From the sequence record SRR22947727_5142: a stretch of DNA of 38,800 nucleotides; one strand, written 5' to 3'. Shown piece by piece: positions 18,953 through 30,199 of the stretch. How positions within the stretch are numbered: position 1 is the stretch's first letter; each line of letters opens with the position of its first letter. The position numbers and the translations under genes were made by a program. A model generated the notes under the pieces. It did no database searches. It was not told the DNA's origin and saw only the letters and a list, made by a program, of their open reading frames with translations.

Positions 18953-19155
18953 CCGGGCGCTACAACATAGATTTGCCGATGCTTTTTATCAAAGTAACCG
19001 GTTGATCTCTGCAGTTCAACGGCGCTTTGGGGGGCAAGCTAATATTGCTCTTGTGCGATTGACCCTCACACCTAAGACCCGCCCGCCATTTAAAAAGATG
19101 GCTGGCTGGACGCCGGACTTATTCCGTAGGCAAAGCGACCAATTGCAAAATAGTC

Positions 19156-20451
19156 TTAGCGATCTTCAATATTTACATAGTCGCGCGCTGTATCGCCCAG
19201 ATATAATTGGCGGGGACGACCAATTTTCATTTGCGGATCTGCGATCATTTCTTTCCATTGCGAAATCCAGCCAATGGTGCGGCTCAGGGCAAATATTGGT
19301 GTGAACATTGAGGTTGGAAAGCCCATCGCTTCCAGAATAATTCCCGAATAAAAATCTACGTTTGGGAATAGTTTCTTTTCAACGAAATAGGGGTCACTAA
19401 GGGCCACTTTTTCAAGCTCTTTGGCGACTTGCAGCAATGGGTTATTGGCCACTCCGAGCAATTCAAGAACTTCATCTGCCGATTGTTTTAATACGGTGGC
19501 ACGCGGATCCGTGTTTTTATAAACGCGATGACCAAATCCCATCAAACGAAACGGATCATTTTTGTCTTTCGCCTTAGCAATAAAGGTCGGGATATTCTCG
19601 ACGGTTCCGATTTCGCGTAGCATTTCCAAACAGGCTTGGTTCGCGCCTCCATGCGCGGGGCCCCAAAGGCAGGCAATACCCGCGGCAATGCAAGCAAAAG
19701 GGTTAGCGCCAGAACTTGAGGCTAGTCGTACGGTGGATGTTGAGGCGTTTTGCTCGTGATCTGCATGAAGGGTAAAGATCCGATCCATTGCGCGGCTAAG
19801 GATCGGATTCACTTTGTAATCCTCGGCCGGTACGGCAAAGCACATGCGCAAAAAGTTAGAGGCGTAATCAAGATCATTGCGCGGATATTCGAAAGGTTGC
19901 CCGATTGTGTATTTATACGCCATGGCGGCAATCGTCGGCATTTTGGCAATCATTCGGATCGACGCCACTTCTCGCTGCCATGGATCAGAGATATCGGTGC
20001 TGTCGTGATAAAAGGCGGACATAGCACCAACGACACCCGTCATAATTGCCATTGGATGCGCATCCCGGCGAAAGCCTCGGAACAAATACATCATTTGTTC
20101 GTGAATCATTGTGTGATTGGTGACGCGGCTTTCGAAATCCTCTAGCTCCGCTGGTGAGGGCAATTCACCGTAAAGCAGCAGATAACAAACTTCTAAATAA
20201 TGCGATTTAGAGGCCAGTTGATCGATTGGATATCCGCGGTGCAACAGCTCACCTTTGGCGCCATCAATGAAGGTGATGGTGCTGTCACAACTGGCTGTTG
20301 AGGTGAAACCGGGATCATAGGTAAACACGCCAGCATCTTTGTATAGGCTGCGAATGTCAATTACGTCTGGCCCGGCGGATGGGTGGTGAATGGGCAATTG
20401 ATACACTTGACCGTTTAAGCGCAACTCTGCGGTTTGTTTTGTATCAGCCAT
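19156..20451 (-). CDS. gltA: Citrate synthase (type II)
   Basis: [37 protein letters not shown] and [11 protein letters not shown] at 20451 follows AAGGGA. Confidence 0.98.
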   Translation of the reverse strand: MADTKQTAELRLNGQVYQLPIHHPSAGPDVIDIRSLYKDAGVFTYDPGFTSTASCDSTITFIDGAKGELLHRGYPIDQLASKSHYLEVCYLLLYGELPSPAELEDFESRVTNHTMIHEQMMYLFRGFRRDAHPMAIMTGVVGAMSAFYHDSTDISDPWQREVASIRMIAKMPTIAAMAYKYTIGQPFEYPRNDLDYASNFLRMCFAVPAEDYKVNPILSRAMDRIFTLHADHEQNASTSTVRLASSSGANPFACIAAGIACLWGPAHGGANQACLEMLREIGTVENIPTFIAKAKDKNDPFRLMGFGHRVYKNTDPRATVLKQSADEVLELLGVANNPLLQVAKELEKVALSDPYFVEKKLFPNVDFYSGIILEAMGFPTSMFTPIFALSRTIGWISQWKEMIADPQMKIGRPRQLYLGDTARDYVNIEDR

Positions 20452-20516
20452 ATTCGTTCCTTTTCCCATTGGCACTATGGCCTTGTTCTTTCTGATTATG
20501 CGCGATGTGAGCAGAT

Positions 20517-21920
20517 TTAGCTTTCTGCTATGGCGTCTTTGATTCGCGCTATCGTTTCGTCGCGGCCCAGCAAAACCATCATATCATACACGCTTGGAGT
20601 GGCTTTTCGCCCAGCAAGTGCGGCGCGTAATGGCGCCGCAAGCTGCCCGAATTTGATCCCGTTAGAGCCAACAAATTCGTGGAAAAGCACTTCCAAATGT
20701 TCCCGGCTCCACGTAGCATTTTGCAATTGCGGCGTCAATGATTGGAGTATACCAATGAATACAGAGTCAAGCGTTGCCTGCGCGGGCTCATCGATGGAAA
20801 TCGGGCGTGTTTGTAGAATAAAGCGAGCCTTTTCAAGAAGTTCAGGAAGTGTTTTGGCCCTTTCCTTGAGGCAATACATGGCCGTATCCAACCCCTGTAA
20901 CTGCGCGTCCGTGAATGGCGGGGCCGCGATCGCAGATTGATAATTCGTAATATCTTGCAGCAGTGCAGCATTTGAAGCGGCTGCTATATGTTTGCTTGAA
21001 AGATTTTGTAGTTTTTTGAAATCAAACCGCGAGGGCGATTTGCCTATGCCTTTAAAATCAAACCACTCTTGCGCCTCAGCATCGCTGAAAAATTCATCAT
21101 TCCCATGGCTCCAACCAAGCCGGGCCAGATAATTGCGCATCGCAACCGCGGGGTATCCCATCTGTTGGTACTCTTCGACGCTGGTGGCCCCATGACGTTT
21201 CGAAAGTTTTTTGCCATCATCGCCAAAGATCAAAGGAATATGGGCATAGACCGGCAGGGGCCATTCCATGGCTTTATAGATCAGCATTTGGCGCGCGGCG
21301 TTGTTTAAATGATCATCGCCGCGGATCACATGCGTGATCCCCATATCATGATCATCAACCACGACCGCAAGCATGTAAACTGGTGAACCATCCGAGCGCA
21401 GCAACACCATATCATCCAGTTGCGTATTGCGAATGACCACCTTGCCTTGCACTTCATCATCGATATGCGTTTCGCCGTCGCGCGGGGCTTTTATTCGGAT
21501 TACAAATGGCGCATCGGGATGCTCTGAGGCTGGAATATCGCGCCAGGGGCTTTGAAACAGCGTCGAGCGCCCTTCGGCGCGCGCGGTTTCTCGAAAGGTT
21601 TCGATCTCCTCTTGCGTCGCAAAACACTTAAAGGCATGCCCCGTTTTTAAAAGATGCCAGGCGATCTGGGCATGGCGTTCGGCGCGCTCATATTGACTGA
21701 TAGCTTTTCCATCATAGTCTAAGCCCAACCAATCTAATCCGCGCAAAATAGCGGCGCTGGCTTGCGGAGTTGATCTTTGTCGATCCGTGTCTTCAATGCG
21801 TAACAAAAATTTACCACCGCGCCCGCGGGCGTAAAGCCAGTTAAACAACGCCGTGCGCGCCGTCCCTATATGCATATATCCTGTTGGTGAGGGGGCAATT
21901 CTCGTAACAACCTGTGACAT
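20517..21920 (-). CDS. gltX: Glutamate--tRNA ligase
   Basis: [11 protein letters not shown] (HIGH-like), LRIEDTD and KLSKR. Confidence 0.97.
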   Translation of the reverse strand: MSQVVTRIAPSPTGYMHIGTARTALFNWLYARGRGGKFLLRIEDTDRQRSTPQASAAILRGLDWLGLDYDGKAISQYERAERHAQIAWHLLKTGHAFKCFATQEEIETFRETARAEGRSTLFQSPWRDIPASEHPDAPFVIRIKAPRDGETHIDDEVQGKVVIRNTQLDDMVLLRSDGSPVYMLAVVVDDHDMGITHVIRGDDHLNNAARQMLIYKAMEWPLPVYAHIPLIFGDDGKKLSKRHGATSVEEYQQMGYPAVAMRNYLARLGWSHGNDEFFSDAEAQEWFDFKGIGKSPSRFDFKKLQNLSSKHIAAASNAALLQDITNYQSAIAAPPFTDAQLQGLDTAMYCLKERAKTLPELLEKARFILQTRPISIDEPAQATLDSVFIGILQSLTPQLQNATWSREHLEVLFHEFVGSNGIKFGQLAAPLRAALAGRKATPSVYDMMVLLGRDETIARIKDAIAES

Positions 21921-21996
21921 TACAGATTAACCTTTCAGCAAGTTTACGGCGTTAATTTTTACCCGTGTCTAGCGATCCTGTGAGGCAAGGACAAGC

Positions 21997-24007
21997 ATGC
22001 TAACGCTCAAGAATTTTTTGCGACGCGAATTGGAAAAGCAACGGGTTGTTTTGTTTTACTGGCTGCCGGTTGCCTTGGCCTGTGGGATCGGGTGTTACCT
22101 GTCGCTTCGCCAGGAACCCGCGCCAAATCTATTTATTGCGATGGCGTTGCTCGGGGGAATTTCTTATCTGGGCTATCATTTTCAAATATGCAGCTTAGCG
22201 CCGTTTTTCCTTTTGTTGGCGGTGTTCTGCCTTGGTTTTTTTTGCGGTGGCCGGAAAGGCTCATTATGTCGCAGCACCCACGCTTACCTACCGATTTTAT
22301 GGAGAAATTGAAGGTCGAATTATAGGTGTCGATCGCGCGCGCAGTGGTGCAGTAAGAGTGACGCTGGATCAAGTGGAATTGGAAAACATATCCAAAAGCA
22401 ACACTCCCCATAAAGTGCGCCTTTCGATAAGTGACGCCCCTGCGGCGCAGCTTTTAACGCCGCAGGGGCGCCTGAAAACCAAAGGTTTTTTGATGCCACC
22501 TCCGGGCCCGTCCCAACCTGGAGGGTTTGATTTCCGGCGTTACGCTTGGTTTCGAAGGCTTGGGGCCGTGGGTTATACGCGGGAAGGGGTGCAGATCACC
22601 TCTGGCCCGTCATCCGGAATTTTTACGCGGCTTTTCGACAAAAGAATGGCGCTTTCTGCGCGGATAAAAGCCGGTGTTTCTCAGGGAGCATCTGGCCCCG
22701 CCGCGGCGATAATCACGGGCGACCGCTCGTCTCTGACGCGCGCGCAGCTACAGGATTTGCGGCGCAGCAATTTGGCGCATTTGCTAGCAATTTCGGGGCT
22801 GCATGTGGCTTTGTTAACCGGAGTGGTGTTTGGATTTTTTCGCCGCTTGTGCTTATTGAATACAAATGCCTTCCTGCATTTTAACGCTAAAAAAATAGCC
22901 GCGGGTTTGGCGATTTTGATCGGGCTTTATTACTTGCTGATTTCTGGAGCGGCTGTGTCAACGCAACGCGCCTTTATTATGGTTTCAATCGTGATGCTGG
23001 GGGTGTTTTTCGATCGGCGCGCTTTGAGTTTGCACAGTATTGCTCTTGCGGCTTTGGTCATTTTGGCTTGGCGACCTGAAGATGTAAGTTCAGCGGGGTT
23101 TCAAATGTCATTTGCCGCTACGATTGCGCTGGTTACGGTGTTTCAGCGTACTCCTGCCTTACCGGGGTTTTCACGTTGGCGCCAGTTGCCGGTGATTTCG
23201 TTGGTTTTGTCTTCATTGGTGGCGGGCTTGGCCACGGCGCCTTTTTCGGCGGCGCATTTTAACCAAGTGAGCCATTATGGTTTGCTGGCAAATATTCTAA
23301 GTCTTCCGGTTATGGGCTTTCTCGTGGCCCCCTCGGCGGTATTGGCCATGATGTTGATGCCTTTTGGCGCCGAGGCGGTTGGTCTTTGGGGGGTGGATCT
23401 TGGCCTTCGTTGGATTTTGGCTGTGGCGCATTTTTTCGCGCAGCCAGCAAGCGCGGTAACCTTTGTGACAGAGCCAGATGCGTGGATCTTACTCTTATTC
23501 AGTGCATCATGCGCTTGGATCATTTTATGGCGCGGCTGGGGGAAGGGGCTTGGAGTTTTAGGCGTTGTCGCGGCTTTAATGGGCTGGCATGGAAGCGTTC
23601 GGCCAGATATTTTGATCGCAAAAGATGGCGTGCTTGTCGGTCTTCTTTTGCCGGAAGGACGGGCACTTTCCAAGCCAAATGGTGGAACGTTTTCGGCCCG
23701 CATATGGGCGCAAAACGATGGGCGGCCGATGCCGCGCGAAAAAGCCTATGCATTGTGGAAAGATCGAAAAGGCGACCTTTATCACCACTGGTCGAAAAAA
23801 ATGAAAGAATTAGAAATTATGTGCGGCCAAGGAGAAATACATATTTTGGCGCAGCAACGCCGCATAAGCGGGGAATGTTGGCATCTGTCTCATCGTAACA
23901 TAAAACGCAACGGTGCAACCGCTATATGGCTGGATAAGCAGGGGAAGCCGGCGAAGATACGCCACATAAATTCCGGCTTTGCCCGCTTATGGAGCAAGCA
24001 TAGGTAG
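21997..24007 (+). pseudogene. comEC: ComEC/Rec2 competence DNA channel, frameshifted in a T8 tract (22236-22243)
   Basis: ORF 21997-22311 encodes the N-terminal TM part; ORF 22232-24007 carries GGFDFRR, LAHLLAISGLH and GFQMSFAAT. Removing one T gives a single 669-aa frame. Confidence 0.85.
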
Positions 24008-24069
24008 AGAGCCTACGCGATCGCTGGATTTTAACCCAGTGACCTTACCGGAAGACGCTTTTGCAGGGC

Positions 24070-24765
24070 TCAATAGGTTCGGATCAATCCAACCAAACGA
24101 CCCTGCACCTTAACTTTTTCCTGGGGCAAAATGCGCGTCTCATAGGCCGGGTTGGCCGCTTCCAGCGCAATCGCATCGCCGCGATGGAAAAACCGTTTCA
24201 GCGTGGCCTCGTGATTTTCAACCAACGCCACAACGATATCGCCATTAGTCGCTGTTTTTGTTTCTCGGATCACGACAACATCACCATCATTGATGCCGGC
24301 TTCGATCATCGAGTCGCCCTTTACCTCGAGCGCATAATGTTCGCCGCCTGCACGCAGCATATGACCTGGAACCGCGATGTTATGGGAAACTTGGCTGATT
24401 GCTTCGATCGGCACACCGGCGGCAATTCTGCCCATAACGGGCAGTTCCAGCGCGTGCAGCGCCTCAATCGGGGTGGCGCTTGATGGGCGCGTTTCTGGCC
24501 TTGCCCCTTCGATCACGCGGGGTGCAAATCCGCTGGGATCCCCCCCCAAGCTTTCTGGCAGCTTCACGATTTCGATCGCCCGCGCCCGATGTGCAAGCCG
24601 GCGGATAAAGCCACGCTCTTCCAACGCCGAAATTAATCTGTGAATTCCAGATTTTGACCTCAAATCCAATGCCTCTTTCATTTCATCAAACGAAGGGGGC
24701 ACGCCGTCACGGGTTAGGCGCTTATTGATGAAGTTTAATAGATCAAGCTGTTTGTGGGTGAGCAT
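24070..24765 (-). CDS. lexA: SOS repressor LexA
   Basis: PPSFDEM...[16 protein letters not shown] cleavage site, GDSM (Ser) and ATLKR (Lys). ATG at 24765 follows GGAGGA. Confidence 0.98.
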   Translation of the reverse strand: MLTHKQLDLLNFINKRLTRDGVPPSFDEMKEALDLRSKSGIHRLISALEERGFIRRLAHRARAIEIVKLPESLGGDPSGFAPRVIEGARPETRPSSATPIEALHALELPVMGRIAAGVPIEAISQVSHNIAVPGHMLRAGGEHYALEVKGDSMIEAGINDGDVVVIRETKTATNGDIVVALVENHEATLKRFFHRGDAIALEAANPAYETRILPQEKVKVQGRLVGLIRTY

Positions 24766-24793
24766 CACATCCTCCAAGGCATAATTTTGCTTT

Positions 24794-24822
24794 GTTCTAT
24801 AGATGTTCTTGATTTGTGTCAA
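24794..24822 (-). promoter_or_regulatory. lexA promoter with an alphaproteobacterial SOS box
   Basis: GTTC-TATAGAT-GTTC at 24794-24808 (GTTC-N7-GTTC). Minus-strand TTGACA (24822-24817)-N17-TAGAAC, with the -10 overlapping the box. Confidence 0.85.
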
Positions 24823-24864
24823 GTTATTGCCGCGAAAGAGGCCTTTTTTTGCGCGGCGGTCGCT

Positions 24865-26037
24865 TTAAAGTGGGATATACTCGATCCTGTCCCCTTGCGT
24901 TGCGGTGGCCGCATAAGCTGGACGAATGGCTAAAATATTGGCTTCTGCCAGAACGCTTAGCAAAGCGCTATCTTGCCGTTCAAACACATGCACGCGCCCC
25001 TCGTGAAACTTTGCCCGCATATAATGTTCGCGGGGGCCGTTGGCCGCGACATCCTGCGCCAAGGGCGCGGATTGCCGGATTGGCGCGGATCTTGGTAAGC
25101 CCAAAAGAGCGTTCACAACTGGGAGGACAAAAATATGGCCGCAGACCAAAGCTGAGACAGGGTTTCCGGGCAGGCCGATCATGATTGTATCGCCCCACGC
25201 CCCGGCCATTAAAGGTTTGCCTGGGCGCATGGCGATTTTGTAAAAGCTTTGCCTTATGCCGATATCAGCGGCAACTTGCGCCACCAAATCATGATCGCCG
25301 ACCGACGCGCCGCCAATGGTAAGAACCATGTCACTGCCGGCAGCTAGGGCGAAGGTGGCTTTCAAGCTGGCGCTAGTGTCGCGCGCGATCGGTAAAATCC
25401 GACATTCGGCGCCATGGCTGTTCAAAAGGGCGGCCAGCCCATATGTGTTTGACGCTAAAATTTGATCTGGGCCCGGCTGCTCTCCTGGCATTACCAATTC
25501 ATCACCCGTTGACAGAAGCGCAATCGTTGGTCGCTTGTAGACTGGGATCTGCGCTATATTCATTGAGGCCAAAAGGGCAATATCCGCCGCATTAAGCCGT
25601 TTGGGTGCAGTCAGGCAACTGCCGGCCTTAAAATCATTGCCGGCTGGTCGGATATGGCTTTGAGCGTGGGGATCTGCGCTCAGCTCGATTCTATCTGCGG
25701 TGCGGATCGCATTTTCTTGAATAATGATGGCGCTGGTGCCTGCGGGCACGGGGGCACCGGTAAAAATGCGCACCGCTGTATCGGATGTCAAATCACCTTC
25801 AAATCGACGTCCTGCTGCGGCTTCTCCGATCACGCGATAACTATCGCCGCGTTTCGCTGCTGGCTGCGCGATCGCGTAGCCATCCATGGCTGCGGCATCA
25901 AATGGCGGTTGATCGCGCAAGGCTGTCATCGGGCGCGCCAAAACGCGGCCCATGGCTTTGGTGAGATCTACCCATTCCACATTCGGTTTCTTGACCAGCG
26001 CGAAAAGAGCATCTAACGCCGCTTGGACAGAGATCAT
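24865..26037 (-). CDS. moeA: Molybdopterin molybdotransferase
   Basis: [36 protein letters not shown] and GLPGNPVS. Confidence 0.96.
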   Translation of the reverse strand: MISVQAALDALFALVKKPNVEWVDLTKAMGRVLARPMTALRDQPPFDAAAMDGYAIAQPAAKRGDSYRVIGEAAAGRRFEGDLTSDTAVRIFTGAPVPAGTSAIIIQENAIRTADRIELSADPHAQSHIRPAGNDFKAGSCLTAPKRLNAADIALLASMNIAQIPVYKRPTIALLSTGDELVMPGEQPGPDQILASNTYGLAALLNSHGAECRILPIARDTSASLKATFALAAGSDMVLTIGGASVGDHDLVAQVAADIGIRQSFYKIAMRPGKPLMAGAWGDTIMIGLPGNPVSALVCGHIFVLPVVNALLGLPRSAPIRQSAPLAQDVAANGPREHYMRAKFHEGRVHVFERQDSALLSVLAEANILAIRPAYAATATQGDRIEYIPL

Positions 26038-26510
26038 GGCGCTTCGTAGCGGCCCGATTTACCGCCATCTTTTAAGGCCAAATGAACGCCCCCGATCTGC
26101 ATCGCCTTATCTGCGGCTTTTAACATATCATAGACAGTCAGCGCCGCGCCATTCACTGCGCAAAGCGCTTCCATTTCCACACCGGTTTGCCCTGATGTTT
26201 TTACCGTTGCCTCAATGCGCACCCCCGGCAAATCGGGATCGACCTCCAAATCGACAGCGATTTTCGTGATTGCCAATGGATGGCAAAGGGGAATGATCTC
26301 AGCGGTTTTTTTAGCGGCCATGATCCCTGCAAGACGCGCCACGCCCAATACATCGCCTTTTTTGGCAAGGCCTTGGGTGATGAGATCCAGCGTTTCAGGC
26401 AGCATGCTAATCCAGCCTTTTGCCACAGCGATGCGATAGGTGTTTTGTTTTTGCGAAACATCAACCATATGGGCGTTTCCGCGGCTGTCAAAATGGGTGA
26501 GTTTGGGCAT
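26034..26510 (-). CDS. moaC: Cyclic pyranopterin monophosphate synthase
   Basis: [27 protein letters not shown] and YDMLKA. Confidence 0.97.
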   Translation of the reverse strand: MPKLTHFDSRGNAHMVDVSQKQNTYRIAVAKGWISMLPETLDLITQGLAKKGDVLGVARLAGIMAAKKTAEIIPLCHPLAITKIAVDLEVDPDLPGVRIEATVKTSGQTGVEMEALCAVNGAALTVYDMLKAADKAMQIGGVHLALKDGGKSGRYEAP

Positions 26511-26516
26511 CCGAGC

Positions 26517-27314
26517 TTACCTTGGATCCGATAGCAGGCTGCGCGTTGCCGCCGCCACATCCGTTTGCCGCATCAGGCTTTCTCCGATTAAAAAGATACG
26601 CGCCCCGTGCCGCGCCATATCGGCCAAGTCATCTGGCGTGTTCAACCCAGATTCAGAAATCAAAACGCGCTCAGCGGGAACCATTTTTGACAATTCTTTG
26701 GTGGTTTGCAGCGAGGTTTCAAAGGTTTTCAAATTGCGGTTATTCACTCCAATTAGCGGTGAGCTTAACAATAAGGCCCGTTCTAATTCTTCTGCGTCAT
26801 GGACTTCTATTAAAACATCCATCCCCCAAGCAAATGCAGCCTGTTCAAGCTCTTGTGCTTGGCTATCCGCGAGCGAGGCCATGATCAATAAAATACAATC
26901 TGCGCCCAACATGCGCGCTTCGGCAACTTGATAGGGGTCATACATGAAATCTTTGCGTAAAACCGGCAGCCCGCAGGCCTGCCGGGCTTGGGAGAGGAAG
27001 GATTTATCGCCCTGAAAACTGGGGCTATCCGTCAAAACTGATAGGCAGGATGCTCCGCCAGCCTCATAGGCTTGGGCCAAATCTGCGGGGTTAAAATCAG
27101 CCCGTATCAATCCTTTGGACGGCGAAGCCTTTTTGATTTCTGCAATCAGCCCATAGCCCGTTTTGCTGTCTTCAATGATGCGCTGTGCAAACGGGCGAAC
27201 GGGCGCTGCGGTTTTGGCATCTGCTTCCACATCTGACTGCGCGCGTTTGGATTTGTCGGCTTTGATTTCTTCAAGCTTATAGGCTTTGATTCTGTCTAAA
27301 ATAGTGGTGCTCAT
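26517..27314 (-). CDS. trpC: Indole-3-glycerol phosphate synthase
   Basis: [24 protein letters not shown] and SESG. Confidence 0.98.
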   Translation of the reverse strand: MSTTILDRIKAYKLEEIKADKSKRAQSDVEADAKTAAPVRPFAQRIIEDSKTGYGLIAEIKKASPSKGLIRADFNPADLAQAYEAGGASCLSVLTDSPSFQGDKSFLSQARQACGLPVLRKDFMYDPYQVAEARMLGADCILLIMASLADSQAQELEQAAFAWGMDVLIEVHDAEELERALLLSSPLIGVNNRNLKTFETSLQTTKELSKMVPAERVLISESGLNTPDDLADMARHGARIFLIGESLMRQTDVAAATRSLLSDPR

Positions 27315-28333
27315 AGGGTATCCGATGTGAAGGAGGCTAGCTGCGCCAGTTTTATTTTTGCGGCATGGCTGTCAATACTTTCGCGCGCCATTGCCACCGC
27401 CTCTTGTTTGTCAGTGCTGCGCCCGGCCACAATCAATGCAGCCGCGCTATTGAGGAGAACCGCGTCTTTATAAGCGGAGGCTTCACCCTCAAGCAGGGCG
27501 CGGAACGCCACCGCATTTTCTGCAGGGGCGCCGCCAAGAATAGCCGAAAACGGGTGCGTCGGGAGACCAAACTCTTCCGGGTGCACTTCAAATTCCGTAA
27601 CCGAGCCATCTGGGTTAAGCGCGGCAACTTGGCTGGAGGCGCTGATTGCCAGCTCGTCGGTGCCGTCACCGCCATGAACCAACCAAGCGTTATGCGCACC
27701 CAATGCCCCTAATGTTTCCGCCATGGGCCGAATTAAATCGGCGCTATAGGCGCCGGTGAGTTGGCGCGTTACGCCCGCCGGGTTAGTTAAAGGGCCTAAA
27801 ATATTAAATATTGTGCGCGCGCCCAATTCCGCGCGCACGGGCCCTACATGTTTCATCGCAGGGTGGTGCATTGGTGCCATCATAAAGCAGATGCCAATAT
27901 CACGCAAAGCGGCCTGTGCCTTATCGGCGCTGATCATCACATTCACGCCCATCTCACCCAGCGCATCTGCGGCACCGGATTTCGAAGAAAGATTTTTATT
28001 GCCATGTTTGGCCACGGGAACGCCCGCACCGGCAACAACAAAGGCAGTCGCGGTTGAGATGTTCAGCGTGCCTTTTCCATCGCCGCCAGTGCCAACAATA
28101 TCCATCGCATCGGCTGGTGCCGACACCGCGTTGCATTTTGCGCGCATAACCGAAGCGGCGGCCGCAAATTCGGTTACGGTTTCTCCGCGCGTGCGCAGCG
28201 CCATCAGAAACCCGCCGATTTGGGCTGGCGTTGCGGCGCCTTCAAATAAAATCTGGAAGGCGGCCTCGGCTTCATTTTTTGTTAACTCGCGGTCAGAGGC
28301 CGCCGAGATTAGGGGTTTCATTAAATCGCTCAT
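27311..28333 (-). CDS. trpD: Anthranilate phosphoribosyltransferase
   Basis: [17 protein letters not shown] and [13 protein letters not shown]. Confidence 0.98.
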   Translation of the reverse strand: MSDLMKPLISAASDRELTKNEAEAAFQILFEGAATPAQIGGFLMALRTRGETVTEFAAAASVMRAKCNAVSAPADAMDIVGTGGDGKGTLNISTATAFVVAGAGVPVAKHGNKNLSSKSGAADALGEMGVNVMISADKAQAALRDIGICFMMAPMHHPAMKHVGPVRAELGARTIFNILGPLTNPAGVTRQLTGAYSADLIRPMAETLGALGAHNAWLVHGGDGTDELAISASSQVAALNPDGSVTEFEVHPEEFGLPTHPFSAILGGAPAENAVAFRALLEGEASAYKDAVLLNSAAALIVAGRSTDKQEAVAMARESIDSHAAKIKLAQLASFTSDTL

Positions 28334-28911
28334 CAGCCCAATCCTGCAATGCTCAGAAAGTTTTTCAACAAATGATGCCCGTGTTCAGAGGCGATCGATT
28401 CTGGATGAAACTGCACGCCATGGATTGGCAGGCTGTTATGCTGAAGCCCCATAATGGTGCCATCGCTTAATTCTGCCGTGACCGTGAGGCAAGCGGGCAG
28501 GGTGGCTCGCTCTACGATTAATGAATGATAGCGGGTTGCCTCAAACGGGGTAGGGACATTTTTAAAAAGACCTTCGCCTGCATGATGCATCGTCCCCATT
28601 TTTCCATGCACAATTTCGTGGCATCTTATAACCTTGCCGCCAAAGGCTTGACCGATTGATTGATGCCCTAAGCAGACGCCCAGCAAAGGTGTTTGGGTTT
28701 CGCTTGCTGCGGCGATCAGCGCCAAGCAAATCCCCGCTTGATCAGGATCGCAAGGCCCTGGTGACAATAAAATAGCCTCTGGTTGCAGCGCCATGGCGTC
28801 TTGAACATCCAGCGCGTCGTTGCGTTTGACTACAACATCCACGCCAAGTTCCCCAAGGTAATGCACCAGATTGTAGGTAAAGCTGTCATAGTTGTCGATT
28901 AGCAGCAGCAT
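28333..28911 (-). CDS. trpG: Anthranilate synthase component II
   Basis: [27 protein letters not shown] and QFHPES. Confidence 0.96.
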   Translation of the reverse strand: MLLLIDNYDSFTYNLVHYLGELGVDVVVKRNDALDVQDAMALQPEAILLSPGPCDPDQAGICLALIAAASETQTPLLGVCLGHQSIGQAFGGKVIRCHEIVHGKMGTMHHAGEGLFKNVPTPFEATRYHSLIVERATLPACLTVTAELSDGTIMGLQHNSLPIHGVQFHPESIASEHGHHLLKNFLSIAGLG

Positions 28912-29064
28912 TGCGTTTCTTTTACCTTGTATTAAATGGGGCTGGTCCCCACACCTTAGATCGATCTATACTTGCTCAGGCTTCGGTGTCACCGTCAAGG
29001 GGCGCGAAGCAAAAACAAGTGTATATCACGCCAAATAATCGCGGCGTCAATGAGGGCAAGAGTA

Positions 29065-30099
29065 GTGAAGCGGGGATTTTTCAGTGGGCTGGTCTGGGGG
29101 GCGTTAAGCGCCGTCATTGTGATCGTTGTCGGGCTGGTATTTCAGAGCTATGAGCGCATCCAGATGCCAGAAGCCGAGGCGTTCGAGGTACCTGCCGGAT
29201 CAGAATTCACCCGTTCGCGTGAAGATCAGGCTGCCAGTTTACCTGCGCCCGTAGAGGCGCCTCAGCAGCTTGCCAAAACGCCCGCCGAAGCACCTCAACC
29301 AGCGGCGCCTGATGTAGCCCCTGATGAGGATGTCGCGTCAGCAACAGTGCCTAAAAGCGCACAAAACAAGCTCACAGGCTTAAGCACAAGCACCTTGCCG
29401 CAAACCGAAACCAATTTGCCAGTTTTATCGGATAGCGCTGAAAAGCCGACTCTCTCAACCGATGGCTTTGCGCAGCCGGGTCCTCCGAGCATGGATTTTG
29501 GATTGAGTTTTGATCTTGATCCGGCGCAGCCCGTTTTTCCCAAACAGATGATGTTGGACGCGCCTGTGCCCAGTGAACCCCAGGCAGGGCTCGATCTGGC
29601 AACCGCGCCGAGCATTGATAAATCAAGTGTAGCGGCCCCTGTTGCGAAGAAGGCTGTGCCCAAGGCCGAAGAGCTTTTACCCGCACCGGAGAGTGCATCA
29701 AAAGCCAAAGTAAGTGCTGATAGGGCGGTGGTTTTAGAATCTGAACCAGAGGACAACTTGAACAACCGGTCATCTACGCCTGATCCCGATCTCACCGCAT
29801 CCGCAACCGTATTGGCCTCAACCTCTTCAACCTCTTCGAGCATTCCCTCGGGCACTGTTCTGGCACAGCTCGGGGCGTTCCGCAGTGCCGATATTGCCGA
29901 ACAGGAATGGCAGCGCTTATCGGCTAAATTTGCAGAGCAGCTGAACGGCTTGGACCATGTGGTACAAATGGCGGAAGTGAACGGGCGAATTTTTCATCGC
30001 TTGCGCGTTGTGGGTCTTGAAGATTTGGCTGAGGCTTCGGCGTTTTGCGAAACCTTCGTCGCAAGAAACACCGCCTGCCTTCCGGTAGTGATGCGCTAG
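29065..30099 (+). CDS. Membrane-anchored protein with a Pro/Ala/Ser-rich linker and C-terminal SPOR domain
   Basis: GTG at 29065 follows GAGGG. N-terminal TM helix, low-complexity linker, then C-terminal LAQLGAF..EWQRL..HRLRV..FC..C of SPOR type. Confidence 0.8.
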   Translation: MKRGFFSGLVWGALSAVIVIVVGLVFQSYERIQMPEAEAFEVPAGSEFTRSREDQAASLPAPVEAPQQLAKTPAEAPQPAAPDVAPDEDVASATVPKSAQNKLTGLSTSTLPQTETNLPVLSDSAEKPTLSTDGFAQPGPPSMDFGLSFDLDPAQPVFPKQMMLDAPVPSEPQAGLDLATAPSIDKSSVAAPVAKKAVPKAEELLPAPESASKAKVSADRAVVLESEPEDNLNNRSSTPDPDLTASATVLASTSSTSSSIPSGTVLAQLGAFRSADIAEQEWQRLSAKFAEQLNGLDHVVQMAEVNGRIFHRLRVVGLEDLAEASAFCETFVARNTACLPVVMR

Positions 30100-30199
30100 A
30101 TACGGAGCTTTTTTGCACGTGTTTTAGCGCAGGTTTTGGATCAGCCATGCGCCAGTATACGGCCAAAATGCCTAGTATGGCGGGCCTTTCTGTGAATTT

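Noticed and set aside
27756..28454. Long antisense ORFs (e.g. 27756-28454, 9613-10188, 29295-29855, 1298-1837)
   Set aside because: They are shadows of well-supported genes on the opposite strand and carry no motifs.
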